A stretch of 64,000 nucleotides of DNA from an uncultured Bacteroidota bacterium (GTDB taxonomy: Bacteria > Bacteroidota > Rhodothermia > Rhodothermales > DATKEJ01), in assembly GCA_963768715.1 (NCBI GenBank), contig CAVYJC010000011.1, positions 4,050 to 68,049 of the forward strand, written 5' to 3'. How positions within the stretch are numbered: position 1 is the stretch's first letter; each line of letters opens with the position of its first letter. Both the position numbers and the translations under genes were made by a program. The notes beneath the pieces were generated by a model. That model had not been told where the DNA came from and ran no database searches. It saw only the letters and a program-made list of their open reading frames with translations. This document shows, piece by piece, positions 53,797 to 64,000 of the stretch.

Positions 53797-56075
53797 TTGA
53801 GATCGATTCGTAGTCCCAGTGAATAGAATCGCGGCAGCTGGTCCACCCGTTCGATCGTGAAGAGATCGAGATAGAGGAGGTTGTCACGGTCGTACGCATT
53901 AATCACGTCGAACTTCAGCGTGGCATCGAGGTGAGGAGCGGCCCGGAACGTTCTCGAGATAGACAGGTCGAGTCTGTGATAGGCGGGCAGCCGGTGCGCA
54001 TACGGGAGCCCGTAGATCACTCTTTCCTGGCTTGGATCGAAGCGTAAGTCGACGCCCTCGTAGGTATCCTCCAGCATGATGTACTCGTCGAACCCGAGTG
54101 CCTGGGTGAAGGGAGTGCCGGAACCGAACTGCCACAGGGCTGATACGTCGAACCCCAGTACATTCGCCTGGCCGCTGGTTGTGATCTGATGGCGACGGTC
54201 GTGGGACGGGCTGAATGTGACACTCTGGGTGCCATACCAATATTGAACGGCCGGCTCGCGTGTCTCGTATATGACACGCGTATAGCCATATCCGACAAAC
54301 GCGTACACGTTCTTCCAATCGAACTCTACTCGGAGGTCCATACCTGTTACGTTGCCGTCTGCCGGATGGAGGTTTGTCGTGAGTCGCGGAAAAGCGGTCC
54401 ACTCCGGTATCAGGAGATCCGAAAGGCGCTTGTAGAACCCCTCGGCCGACAGCGTCAGTCCTCTGCCAGCCATATATCGGTAGCCTGCGATCACGTGGAT
54501 TGCCGTTGGCGCCTTGCCGATGTCTTCAGCAGGAACCCAGGCCGTGAAGATGTCAGCGGGATCTCTGCGGTCTGTGACACCGGTGATCTCCTGCGAATAC
54601 AGGCCCGTGGCGGCGCTCAACTGATGATTTCCCCGCTTCCAGACCACTCTGGCGCGGGGCTCGATGCTCGAATGAGAAACGCTGGGGTACGAGTGAATTC
54701 GGAGTCCTGTCGTTAGTCTGATGTCCGGAATCGATTTAAACTCCGTCTCCAGGTATGCCCAGCCCTCGGTGAGGTATTGCTGCTCGTCGTCGAGTTGTTG
54801 AAATTGACCTCCAAGTTGGTTGTTCAGGGTGACCGTGCTCGCGCTGAATCCGAATTTGAAGTCCAGAGTGCGGGCGAAGTAGGTGGCATTCACGATCCCG
54901 CCGGCCCGCTGGATCTCGGAGGTGCGGATCGGATTGGGAGCGGGTCCAAAGCTGTTGTTGAAATGGGAGTAGGAGATCAGAAACTCGGCCAGGACAGGCA
55001 TCGTGGCGGGCAGAACGAGGAGTCGCGCGCCGGCCGCACGATTCGACCAGCTGATTTCATTGCTTTGTCCGCCAAGCGCATCGTTCGAACCGAGAGGCGC
55101 AAAGATACCTCTATCATTCGAGGAGATTCCGGTGATGGCAGCCTGGATGCTGGGCGACAGGTTGGCGTGCACCTTCCCGAACGCATCATCGAATCGGTAA
55201 GGCAGCGGCTCACCGATCACGTCGCCGCCGATCTCGTCTACGAGTGACCGGCGTACCGAGGCAAGAAAGGACACTGATCCTGGAACGACAGGTCCTTCCA
55301 ATCTGGCAGCGGCTATGAACGGCGATACGGAGGCACTCGAAGCGAAGCCCGTCTTATTCCCCGTCCTTGCGGAGACATCGATGATGGCCGAGATGCGCCC
55401 GCCGAACTCAGATCCGAATCCACCCGCATACACATCGGCCTGGCTCACGAGGTCCGAAGGGAAGGCAGAATAGAAGCCGAGAATATGGAACGGCTGGTAG
55501 ACCAGCATGCCGTCGATGAAGACGCCGTTCTCCGCTGGGGAACCTCCACGAATGAAAAGCAGGCCGCCGCGGTCACCGCCCGATACGATTCCCGGCAGCT
55601 GGACCAGGTAGCTGGCGAGGTCGGGTGAGAGACCCGGCAAGGGAATCCGCTCGATGTCGGCCGGCTTGACGGCTTGAACGCCCGCTGATTTGAGCGTCCC
55701 TCCTGTTTCCCCGCGTTCACCGCTGACAACGACCTCGTCGAATGACTCATTCCAAACCTTGAGCATCACGTCCCGGCGAACAATCTCTCCCTCGGCGAAC
55801 GTCACCTTCGACTGAAAAGTCTGATAGCCCACAAACGAGACGCGAAGCGTGAGTGACCCGGCGGGCACGTTGGTGATGGAGAAGAAGCCGTCCGCATTGG
55901 TGATGGCGCCGAACAGCGTGCTGTCAGCCGTGATCAGGACGACGTTGGTTCCTACGAGTGGCTGATGATCGGCCTCATCGGAGACAAAACCTCGGAGTGT
56001 TGCTGTCGACTGGCCCAGAACAGGGGAGACCGCCAGCAAGACAAGCACCACGGTATGCCTGACTCGCTTTGTCAC
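53793..56075 (-). CDS. TonB-dependent receptor with N-terminal carboxypeptidase-regulatory-like domain
   Basis: 'LRGFVSDEADHQPLVGTNVVL...ADGFFSITNVPAGSLTLRVSFVGYQT'; plug 'LLFIRGGSPAENGVFIDGM'; beta-barrel ending 'YSLGLRIDLK'. Confidence 0.85.
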   Translation of the reverse strand: MTKRVRHTVVLVLLAVSPVLGQSTATLRGFVSDEADHQPLVGTNVVLITADSTLFGAITNADGFFSITNVPAGSLTLRVSFVGYQTFQSKVTFAEGEIVRRDVMLKVWNESFDEVVVSGERGETGGTLKSAGVQAVKPADIERIPLPGLSPDLASYLVQLPGIVSGGDRGGLLFIRGGSPAENGVFIDGMLVYQPFHILGFYSAFPSDLVSQADVYAGGFGSEFGGRISAIIDVSARTGNKTGFASSASVSPFIAAARLEGPVVPGSVSFLASVRRSLVDEIGGDVIGEPLPYRFDDAFGKVHANLSPSIQAAITGISSNDRGIFAPLGSNDALGGQSNEISWSNRAAGARLLVLPATMPVLAEFLISYSHFNNSFGPAPNPIRTSEIQRAGGIVNATYFARTLDFKFGFSASTVTLNNQLGGQFQQLDDEQQYLTEGWAYLETEFKSIPDIRLTTGLRIHSYPSVSHSSIEPRARVVWKRGNHQLSAATGLYSQEITGVTDRRDPADIFTAWVPAEDIGKAPTAIHVIAGYRYMAGRGLTLSAEGFYKRLSDLLIPEWTAFPRLTTNLHPADGNVTGMDLRVEFDWKNVYAFVGYGYTRVIYETREPAVQYWYGTQSVTFSPSHDRRHQITTSGQANVLGFDVSALWQFGSGTPFTQALGFDEYIMLEDTYEGVDLRFDPSQERVIYGLPYAHRLPAYHRLDLSISRTFRAAPHLDATLKFDVINAYDRDNLLYLDLFTIERVDQLPRFYSLGLRIDLK

Positions 56076-57988
56076 GACCCCGCTCGTACGAGCTCAATGG
56101 TTTTCGAGTGCTGCTCCCCGACGATGCGCAAGAAATAGATGCCGGAAACGACCGGCCTTCCGTCGGCCGACCGGCCATCCCATACAATGCGATGTGCGCC
56201 GGCCGTGAGGTACTGCTCGGTCAGCGTCGAGACATGGGCGCCAAGGGCCGAATACACCTCAGTTCGGATTTTTTGCGGCGTCCGGACTTGAATCTCGATC
56301 GTGGCGTGGCTCGCATTGGGACCAAACGGATTTGGGTACGCTCCAGTCACCTCCAAATCGACCGGCAGCTCGATCGGTTCCGAGCCGGCCAGCGCCGTTT
56401 TGGATGCGCTTATATCGAAGACAGCCTCCTCAGCCCAAGAAGATCCTTGGAACGAAGGGTCTATGGCCTGGACGCTCCAATAGTATGTGCCAGGAGGGAG
56501 ATTGCGGATCAACCAGGACGTGTTGTTCTGGACATTGCCCATGTCCGCCACCATGCGCCGTCCGGTGTCGATATTCGACATGGGGCTCACAACGTCGAGC
56601 GATGCCTTTTTCGAGCCAATACGAATATTGTAGGTGAGTCCGGCGGAGGGCGTTTCGACGTCGATGGCTGCATCCCACGCCAGAAGAACGGCGCCATCCG
56701 ACGCGTCGGTCCGGAGGTTGGTCGGTGCGGCCGGTTGATTGTTGACGCGGCGGTGGTCGTTTCGGTACTGAACGAGCTTTCCACTGCCCGCAACGACGAC
56801 GTCGAGATCGCCGTCGGCATCGTAGTCCCCGAAACCGAGCCCCCCATACCGGATTCCGGCGAGGTTGAGAGCCGGCACAAAGGTATCATCACCTTGGTTG
56901 CGGTAGAATCGCGTAAAGGTGGGGCCCGTTCCTCCCTTTCCACCCGCGATCACGATGTCGAGAAACCCGTCATTGTCGTAGTCGCCAAAACGGGCCGTCC
57001 CGAACGCGGCATCATCCAAGGCGGCCTCGACGTCTGTGAATCGGCCCTGGCCGTCGTTTCGAAAGACCCTGCTCCGTTCATAGACGATGAGCGGACTCAG
57101 CACGCCTCCTGAAAGGACGATATCGAGGTCGCCGTCGTTGTCGTAATCACCCCAGTCGACATTGGAGAAAGCGAGACCCGGGAAGTTCGTATCGACTTCC
57201 TCGAATACTCCGCCGTTATTGCGAAGCAGTTTCGTCGCAAAACCGGTCGGTGTGTAGACCCCGGTGAGGATGATGTCCAGATCACCGTCCGAATCGAAAT
57301 CACCGAATTTGGCCTCACCAACCGACGTGTACGGCAGCTGTATCCCCGAGTCGGAAAGCGATCCGTTATCGTTGTTGTACAGCCGAGAGACGATCTCTTC
57401 GTCTCTCTGGCCCGTCAGTAATAGATCGGGATCTCCATCGTTGTCATAGTCGCCCCAGTCGATGGATCCGCCCACGACACCAATCAGGTCGACGTCGGAG
57501 ATGGGAACGTACTCGGTCCCGTGCGGCGCATAGATCCGCGTACTCAAGTCGAAGGGTTGGTCGACGCTCGCCGATCCTGAGACCGCAAATTCGAGTAGTC
57601 CGTCGTTGTTGAAGTCGATCCAGGCTATGTTACCCAGCCAGAGCGGAGTGACGCCTCGTGACCGCGTCCGGTAATGGTGCCGCCATCGCATCACGCCCCT
57701 GTCGTCGAACTCCTCCTCTGCGAGGTTGATATAGACCCTTGTAACGGGTCCATTGTTCGTGAGGCCCGTCAACAGCAGATCGAGATCCCCGTCCAGATCC
57801 TGATCACCCCAGGCTGCTTGAGCATAATCCAGACCGGCGAGGTTCATTTCGGAGGGCTGGAGATCGATGAGTTCGTACGTAAACGGCGGTTCGGGAGTGT
57901 CCTGTCCGTGCAGTTCGGCAACCCGAAACAAGAGTGAGCAAACGAGCGCCAGGACGAGGATGCTGGATTTGTATGCATTTTGATGCAT
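56072..57988 (-). CDS. FG-GAP/VCBS-repeat protein with FN3-like domain and T9SS C-terminal domain
   Basis: Six 'GD(Y/F)DNDGDLD..L.G' repeats. CTD 'AYPNPFGPNASHATIEI...GIYFLRIV'. Confidence 0.8.
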   Translation of the reverse strand: MHQNAYKSSILVLALVCSLLFRVAELHGQDTPEPPFTYELIDLQPSEMNLAGLDYAQAAWGDQDLDGDLDLLLTGLTNNGPVTRVYINLAEEEFDDRGVMRWRHHYRTRSRGVTPLWLGNIAWIDFNNDGLLEFAVSGSASVDQPFDLSTRIYAPHGTEYVPISDVDLIGVVGGSIDWGDYDNDGDPDLLLTGQRDEEIVSRLYNNDNGSLSDSGIQLPYTSVGEAKFGDFDSDGDLDIILTGVYTPTGFATKLLRNNGGVFEEVDTNFPGLAFSNVDWGDYDNDGDLDIVLSGGVLSPLIVYERSRVFRNDGQGRFTDVEAALDDAAFGTARFGDYDNDGFLDIVIAGGKGGTGPTFTRFYRNQGDDTFVPALNLAGIRYGGLGFGDYDADGDLDVVVAGSGKLVQYRNDHRRVNNQPAAPTNLRTDASDGAVLLAWDAAIDVETPSAGLTYNIRIGSKKASLDVVSPMSNIDTGRRMVADMGNVQNNTSWLIRNLPPGTYYWSVQAIDPSFQGSSWAEEAVFDISASKTALAGSEPIELPVDLEVTGAYPNPFGPNASHATIEIQVRTPQKIRTEVYSALGAHVSTLTEQYLTAGAHRIVWDGRSADGRPVVSGIYFLRIVGEQHSKTIELVRAGS

Positions 57989-58278
57989 AACGACCCTCCG
58001 GGGAAATGGATCAAGCGCGGCAAGCCTGAGCCCGCCGGTAACATTGACTAAAACAATGGTACAGACTGCAACTACAAAAGGCTAAACGTAATCCCTGTGT
58101 CGATTTGGCGATCGTCCGGACGCCAACCGGCTGATTCGACGAAACACCGGACCATCGTGGCTCGACCAACGGAACGAGCGGCGCTTGTCGGTCATCCATT
58201 TCAGCACCAAATCTCTTGACGGAAATAGGTAGGTTTGGACTCACAAGTCTGGGTCAGTGTATCAACGCGGGAAACGCC

Positions 58279-59835
58279 ATGCGACCGATCGTTGTGATCC
58301 TGCTGACGGCCTTGGTTTTGACTGTCGAGCAATCAGCTCGCGCCCAGAATGTCGAGCCAATCCGTCGTCCTGGAGAAAACATTTGGGTGCCTCCGGAGGC
58401 ACCTGAGGCCTCTTGTACGGAGTATTGGGATCTACCACAGCCGCTGCTCGGCGTGGACTGGCGCGCCTTCCCACCTCCTGGACTGCTCGAGGAAACACCG
58501 GAGAGATACGACGCAGGGACCTCGAGATGGTTGCCCGGTATCGAATCTAAGCTGGGAGAGTTGGAAGGTCCACGGTTTTTCACATACGACGAGTCTGGGA
58601 GAATCTCGACGTGGACTGTGACGTCCGGACCATTCAAGGATCCGACGAGGAATCAAGTCAGGTCGTTGTATGCGTACGATGAATCGGGAAACCTGACAGA
58701 CATTACGCAACAGAGTTGGGATTCTCCGTCCTGGACCAACGAAGTCCGGTCGATCTACATCTACACTGCGGCAGGACTCATAGATGGTGCGGAGCATCAC
58801 GTATGGAAAGACTCCTGGAATGTGTTCGCGCGAACAAACTGTCTTTATGGTAACAATGGGAGGTTGGAGTACCGTATAGAACAAACGTGCCCGCTTACTC
58901 CGGTGGAGAACCCGAATCCACCATGCCAGGACACCGATAGCACCCGGTTCGAGTACGACGCATCCGGCAGAATTACTCTGGAGTACAGACGTACACGGAC
59001 ATTCACCCAACCATGGGAGACGCCGCTGCCCGTCGGATACACATACGATGAAGAAGGGAGATTGATAGAGAAGAACGATACGGGAACGCGAGAACGCTTC
59101 GTGTGGGTGTACGATGATTACGGACGCTTGTCGGAGGAGACCCTGTTCACGTTGGGGACAAAAAGGCGTACTCGCTATGAGTACCAACATGCGGGTCTCT
59201 TGACCCGTGTCGCAACGGATACGTGGATTACTAGCCTCGAGGCCTGGGTCGAAGAAGGTGAGGTACGTTACCAGTACAACCCGCTGCTGAACCTTGGTGC
59301 AGAATTCGATTACGAGGGCGGGTCAGTTATCTGGCGGCGGCGACATTACGAGTACGACGGCCGCGACAACTTGATGTCTAGTGCCCAGGATGAATGGGTC
59401 GGCTCGGGTTGGCGCCCAGTGTTCACGGAAGAATTTGTTTACCATGACGCCGGTTTTCTGGAAGAGTATCGGTCCGACGATTATGTATCTGGCCGAGTCG
59501 CTGGACGGAATCGCGTGCTGTACAGCTATGCTGTCGGGACAGGTCTCTCTGGTAGGAATGACGACCTGAGCCGGCGCGTCGGATTGGAGCAGAACCATCC
59601 CAATCCGTCCAGCCTGCAGACGACGATCGCTTATACCCTTTCGCAGCCGGCGCACGTCGCCCTGGACGTCTTCGACCTCATGGGGCGGCGAGTAGAAACA
59701 CTCGTGTCGGGTGATCAGTCTGCGGGCCGACACCGAATCACTCTCGAGACCGGCGATTTGCCGTCCGGCATTTACTTCTATCGGCTGGAGACAGGCGGCG
59801 CCGTCAAAACCAGGCGCATGGTTGTGGTCAGATAG
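58279..59835 (+). CDS. YD-repeat protein with T9SS C-terminal domain
   Basis: 'YDESGRI', 'YAYDESGNL', 'FEYDASGRI', 'YTYDEEGRL', 'VYDDYGRL'. CTD 'NHPNPSSLQTTIAY...GIYFYRLETGGAVKTRRMVVVR'. Confidence 0.8.
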   Translation: MRPIVVILLTALVLTVEQSARAQNVEPIRRPGENIWVPPEAPEASCTEYWDLPQPLLGVDWRAFPPPGLLEETPERYDAGTSRWLPGIESKLGELEGPRFFTYDESGRISTWTVTSGPFKDPTRNQVRSLYAYDESGNLTDITQQSWDSPSWTNEVRSIYIYTAAGLIDGAEHHVWKDSWNVFARTNCLYGNNGRLEYRIEQTCPLTPVENPNPPCQDTDSTRFEYDASGRITLEYRRTRTFTQPWETPLPVGYTYDEEGRLIEKNDTGTRERFVWVYDDYGRLSEETLFTLGTKRRTRYEYQHAGLLTRVATDTWITSLEAWVEEGEVRYQYNPLLNLGAEFDYEGGSVIWRRRHYEYDGRDNLMSSAQDEWVGSGWRPVFTEEFVYHDAGFLEEYRSDDYVSGRVAGRNRVLYSYAVGTGLSGRNDDLSRRVGLEQNHPNPSSLQTTIAYTLSQPAHVALDVFDLMGRRVETLVSGDQSAGRHRITLETGDLPSGIYFYRLETGGAVKTRRMVVVR

Positions 59836-60261
59836 ATCGTGACACTTCAGCTTCTTCGCCGGTTCGCTCGCTAATGAGTCGGAACGATTCGGTGAAGGAT
59901 TGCTTTGAGCCCACAGACCCGTAGAGCTCGCTCCCGACAGCGCCGGTGCCATCCCAGATGTGCTTGTAAGAGTCCCCGCTTGCCGCTCCATCGAAGGCGG
60001 CGCTCAGAGCCTCCCGCGGCATATCCGCAGAAAGCAGCGAAGAGTTTGGGATCACAAATATTGCCGCAGGCGTCTACACGTTGACGATTCAAACCTATCC
60101 GATTCCTGTCAGATTCATCAGTTTGGAACATCTTGTAGCGAACAAGCGAGATCCTTCACGCCCGCTTCGTAAAATGTATTCATCTCTACAGGGCACTTCT
60201 CTTTTGAAACATGATGGCTCCGTACCGCGATAACGAACCGCGCAAATACGCGCAGATCACG

Positions 60262-61713
60262 ATGACACTCCGCTCAATCTTCGCTATTTCTGTTATTTCC
60301 AGCTTCTTTCTCGCCGGTTGCTCGGGCGATGTGGATCAAGGCTCGCAGCCCAGCGAGGCTGCGCAGCCGGCAACGCTCAGAATCGACTATTCCCATACCG
60401 GTACCGCCGAGGAGGAGTCGTTCGAACTGGATGCCCTGGTTCTGGAGGGTCCGTGGCCCGGAGCCGTCGGCGAAAGCGTCGATCCGTTCGGCTACGGTGA
60501 GTACTACGCCGAGCTGCGCTCCGCATCCACCGGCGATGTGTTGGCGTCATCGGGTTTCGCGAGCATTTTTGGGGAATGGCAGACCACCGGTGAGGCCAAG
60601 GAGAAGGAGAGGACCTTCTCTGAGTCCCTCAGATTTCCGATGCCGGATGAACCTGCCGAGCTCGTCGTCAGGCACAGGCAGCCCGACATGAGTTTCAAGG
60701 ATGTCTGGTCGGTGTCGATCGATCCGGCCGAGGCCCTGCCATGGACGCCGAATCCGGATTACAAGACTTGGGCGGTCATGGAAAACGGTCCGCCCAGCGA
60801 GAAGGTCGACCTTGTCTTGCTCGGAGACGGTTATACCGCAGACCAAATGGAGAAGTGGCATCAGGACGCGCGGAGACTCGCCGAGACGCTTTTCGAGCAG
60901 TCGCCGTTCAAGGAGCGGAAGTCCGATTTCAACGTCTGGGCCATTGATACGCCGGCCGATGAATCCGGGGTTTCGATTCCCTCGGCCGGAAAGGAGCGTA
61001 ACTCTCCGATAGGTGCGACCTATGACGCCTTCGGATCCGAGCGGTACGTCTTGGCCTTCGACAACAAACGCTGGCGCAACGTGGCCGCCGGAGCGCCTTA
61101 CGAGTTCGTCGAGATCGTCGTCAACGAGCGGAAATACGGTGGTGGCGGGATCTACAATCTGTTCGCCACCGTGGCCGCAGACAATGCCTTCACGCCGTAC
61201 GTCTTCGTCCACGAATTCGGCCATCATTTCGCTGGCCTGGCCGATGAGTACTACACGTCGGATGTCGCGTATGAAAGCGACGGAAAGCGCGTGGAGCCGT
61301 GGGGACCGAATGTGACGGCGGATCCGCAGTCACCTAAGTGGGCGGATCTGATCACTCCGGGCACTCCGTTGCCGACACCCTGGCCCAAAGAGGAGTTCGA
61401 GGCCCTCCAGCACGACATTCAGGGGCGCCGACGCGAACTGCGGGCTGCAGGAGCGCCGGAGGAGGAGATCGAAGCGCTCTTTCGCAAGGAGAAGGTGTCT
61501 ACGTCGAAACTGCTTGGGGGATCAGCGTATGCGGACTCCGTCGGAGCCTTCGAGGGTGCGTACTACCAGGCATCCGGTTACTATCGATCCCAGGTCGACT
61601 GCATCATGTTCACACGCGACGACGTCAGCTTCTGCGCGGCCTGTGACCGCGCCATCGACAGAATGATCGACCGGCACGCCGCCAGTGGCAAGAATTCCGA
61701 GCGGCTCGATTGA
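60262..61713 (+). CDS. M64 (IgA-peptidase-like) zinc metallopeptidase lipoprotein
   Basis: Lipobox 'FFLAGCSG'. 'VDLVLLGDGYT'. 'VFVHEFGHHFAGLADEY'. Confidence 0.8.
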   Translation: MTLRSIFAISVISSFFLAGCSGDVDQGSQPSEAAQPATLRIDYSHTGTAEEESFELDALVLEGPWPGAVGESVDPFGYGEYYAELRSASTGDVLASSGFASIFGEWQTTGEAKEKERTFSESLRFPMPDEPAELVVRHRQPDMSFKDVWSVSIDPAEALPWTPNPDYKTWAVMENGPPSEKVDLVLLGDGYTADQMEKWHQDARRLAETLFEQSPFKERKSDFNVWAIDTPADESGVSIPSAGKERNSPIGATYDAFGSERYVLAFDNKRWRNVAAGAPYEFVEIVVNERKYGGGGIYNLFATVAADNAFTPYVFVHEFGHHFAGLADEYYTSDVAYESDGKRVEPWGPNVTADPQSPKWADLITPGTPLPTPWPKEEFEALQHDIQGRRRELRAAGAPEEEIEALFRKEKVSTSKLLGGSAYADSVGAFEGAYYQASGYYRSQVDCIMFTRDDVSFCAACDRAIDRMIDRHAASGKNSERLD

Positions 61714-61853
61714 GCATCGAGTGCACGATCACGCGTTTAATTCCCTCTGAGTCGTGTGTCGTTTTCTCTCGCAAAGACACAAGAACTCCGCATCGGTGTA
61801 CGCCTTCGGAGAGGACCCGCGACCGGCCTCCAGGATCGATCACCGGAAGTGGT

Positions 61854-63121
61854 TCAGTCGCCCAGTGCCCCCTCGATCTGACTCAGCGAGACTCCCAACA
61901 CATGTTCCGCAATGGCGTTGAGATCGCTCTCGTCACCCTGGAAGTGAAACGTGCGGTGTATGTGCCGCATCTCCTCTCCTGGCGCCAGGGCGGCGGCTGG
62001 TGAGGATGTCTCGAGCTCATAAAACGGTCCGAGCCCCTTTTGTCCGGGGCCGAGCGGTCCGTCATTGTAGCTGTTCAGAACGTCACCGCCGTACGGGCGG
62101 TTCTGGATTTCCCACATCGAATTCACGTACCGCGTCTCGTCCGGAGGCTTCGTGTACTGGACCAGCGTCAGGACGCGGTTTGCGGCGTCATAACTGCCGG
62201 CTACTTCCGTCGCGCGCATGGGCGTCAGGCCGATCTTGCTCCGATACTCTCCGTCGCCTTTGAAGAACAGGACGCCCGGTTGAACGACCAGCCGTCGGCG
62301 GGCACTTTGCCGAAATAGGCATCGTTCACCACGGGTCCGAGCTCGGCGTCGGCGCCTTCTTTGAACGGGATGACGATCGTGGTTGCCGGCGATGGATTGA
62401 ACATTCCGAGGATCCAGATCGAGAGGAGGCCCGTGTCCTCATTCCAGGCATTCTCACCGGAGTTCTTGATCACGTTGTCGGACTCGAAAGCAACCGAGCG
62501 TACCGACTCACCGAGCGCCATGTCGAGCAAGTCCTCGATTTGTGCCCGGTCGAACAGACGAATCGTCCGTTCAACGCCAACCTCGAACAAGGCGCCTGAG
62601 TAATTCTCCAGCGCGAGCGACTTGTGAAAGACCACCTCCTGTCCGGAAGCGGATGCGACCTCGAACGGCTCGGTATCGAAGCCTGCGGGTGTGAACCAGT
62701 GCTCCAGATCGAAAGGATCTCCCTTCTTGAAGAAGACCGAAAACTGGCCGCCTTCCGGACCAATCCAGAACCGATCCTCGCCACCGTACGGATTCATGTG
62801 CTCCAGGGTATCGCCCGAAGCGATCAAGTCGTGGTTGATCCATCCCAGGCTCAGCCCATCCGGACCGGATAGCGTACTTGTCAACACCCGGCCCTGCATA
62901 CTTGGCGAGATCGCCACTTGAGCCGCGGCCGGCGACTGACCGTCCAGAGTCGACCCCGACAGGAGCAACACGTCCGTATGATCCTTGAGGAAAGCCAGGT
63001 CGTCTGAGAACGACCCCGCCACGGGTGGACCGGAATCGGGTTGGGATGAAGGCTCGGGCTGCTGTTGACAGCCCATCATGGCAAACAGCGAGATGATCGT
63101 GATAATGCGAATCGACTTCAT
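61854..63121 (-). CDS. hypothetical lipoprotein, with an apparent 1-nt deletion near 62291-62300
   Basis: Lipobox 'LFAMMGCQQ'. ORF 62225..63160 ends in Ser/Cys junk. Shifting frame gives ..GKVPAD-RLVVQPGVLFFKGDGEYRSKIGLTPMRATEVAG.., which joins ORF 61854..62219. Confidence 0.55.
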
Positions 63122-63220
63122 GGCAAATCCGGAAGGAGAGGGGACAAGGTCAGTTTCCATTGAAGGTAAACGATTCGTGTCAGGATATCATCGACCTCTC
63201 GGGCCTGAAGAGAGCGAGCC

Positions 63221-63241
63221 GACGTCAGACGTCAGACGTCA
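63221..63241. repeat. tandem heptamer array (GACGTCA)x3
   Basis: Read directly. An imperfect (TCGCACC)-type array follows at 63284-63311. Confidence 0.85.
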
Positions 63242-63324
63242 GAATTTGAATGTGAATTTCAATTGTTGATTGGGTTTGCGTCTTCGCACCTCGCACCCCG
63301 CCTCCGCACCTGAGTTGAGCGGAA

Positions 63325-63408
63325 TCAGAACTTCTGAAGACGGAGCACGACCACACCCGCGATCACAACGGCCATCCCTGCGAGCGAGAAGCCTGTCTCG
63401 TTTTCTTA
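63325..63408 (-). pseudogene. C-terminal remnant of an EamA/DMT-type transporter
   Basis: The minus strand reads ..ETGFSLAGMAVVIAGVVVLRLQKF*, preceded by an in-frame TAA. No start codon or gene body. Confidence 0.3.
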
Positions 63409-63483
63409 GGAATCCGTAACGTCCTCCATGCGTCTTGTCGATTCTATCTCTCGTATTCGTTTCTCTGACGGTCTCAGTGGCTC

Positions 63484-64000
63484 ATGGCCCAGGAAACTCC
63501 GCCGGCGATCTCGCCGGCCTCTGCAAACTTCTCTTTCCGGAATCCCGATCTCCCGCTCCAGGAGCGCGTCGACGACCTCATCTCTCGGATGACCATCGAT
63601 GAAAAGGTGTCGCAGATGCTCGACGTCGCGCCGGCGATCGAGCGACTGGGCATTCCCGAATACAACTGGTGGAACGAGGCCCTTCACGGTGTCGCACGCT
63701 CCGGTCTCGCGACCTCCTTTCCTCAGGCAATCGGCCTGGCCGCGACGTGGAACCGGGACCTGATCCACCGAATGGCAACGGTCATCTCCGACGAAGCGCG
63801 CGCGAAGTACCACGAGTACGACCGCGAGGGGAAGCATCACCGCTACCAGGGACTGACATTCTGGTCACCGAACATCAACATTTTCCGGGACCCGAGATGG
63901 GGCAGGGGACAGGAGACGTACGGTGAGGACCCGTTTCTCAGCGGGACCCTGGCGGTCCAGTTCATTCGCGGAATGCAGGGCGACGACCCGAACTACCTCA
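63484..64000 (+). CDS. glycoside hydrolase family 3 (partial, runs off the window)
   Basis: 'MTIDEKVSQM', 'IPEYNWWNEALHGVAR', 'SFPQAIGLAATWN', 'TFWSPNINIFRDPRWGRGQETYGEDP'. The signal peptide appears to sit upstream (ATG 63429) in shifted frames. Confidence 0.8.
   Translation, partial: MAQETPPAISPASANFSFRNPDLPLQERVDDLISRMTIDEKVSQMLDVAPAIERLGIPEYNWWNEALHGVARSGLATSFPQAIGLAATWNRDLIHRMATVISDEARAKYHEYDREGKHHRYQGLTFWSPNINIFRDPRWGRGQETYGEDPFLSGTLAVQFIRGMQGDDPNYL

Noticed and set aside
59836-60210. A possible second degraded T9SS CTD remnant (plus-strand text '..EFGITNIAAGVYTLTIQT..') and the overlapping 70-86-aa ORFs.
   Set aside because: The resemblance rests on one short GVY-type motif, and several frames would have to be combined. 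It is too weak to call as a feature.

Overview
High-GC (roughly 58-60% by eye) chromosomal segment from a bacterium with a type IX secretion system (T9SS), so probably FCB group (Bacteroidota/Rhodothermota-like). Six proteins end in a recognisable T9SS C-terminal sorting domain (CTD: 'NxFPNPF ... GxYFxRL' type), and one degraded CTD remnant is also present. Content from left to right: (1) small membrane and secreted proteins; (2) a REP-associated tyrosine transposase (RAYT) flanked by canonical GTAG-hairpin REPs, including a 3 x 102-bp REP-module array; (3) a heavily disrupted T9SS C39-like peptidase gene; (4) a dihydrofolate-reductase-family protein and a YghZ-like aldo/keto reductase; (5) a sulfatase / GH5 / GH27 / DUF5060-DUF4038 glycan-degradation cluster whose enzymes carry T9SS CTDs; (6) an RCK K+ channel, a P450 and an M1 peptidase; (7) a tight five-gene operon, my top candidate for an uncharacterised amine/amide pathway: class-III aminotransferase, CN-hydrolase, a 958-aa wing-domain Orn/Lys/Arg decarboxylase, ATP-grasp ligase, C45 Ntn-hydrolase; (8) tRNA-Leu(CAG); (9) two copies, 7.9 kb apart, of a 0.8-kb cassette carrying a small nucleotidyltransferase gene; (10) aspartate aminotransferase-pckA; (11) an internally deleted ghost copy of rsgA, then Phd-VapC, MazEF and cydAB, then the intact rsgA; (12) an FG-GAP / TonB-dependent receptor / DUF4249 operon; (13) a YD-repeat T9SS protein, an M64 peptidase, and a partial GH3 at the right edge. 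Three window-wide themes: (a) many intergenic short tandem arrays with a 7-nt period (one with 8-nt) and differing unit sequences; (b) small GTCATCC...GGATGAC inverted-repeat elements; (c) at least a dozen frame breaks or in-frame stops inside otherwise well-conserved genes, often at homopolymers, so the ORF track splits many real genes. I cannot tell sequencing indels from real decay. All family assignments come from motif recognition by eye. No searches were run.
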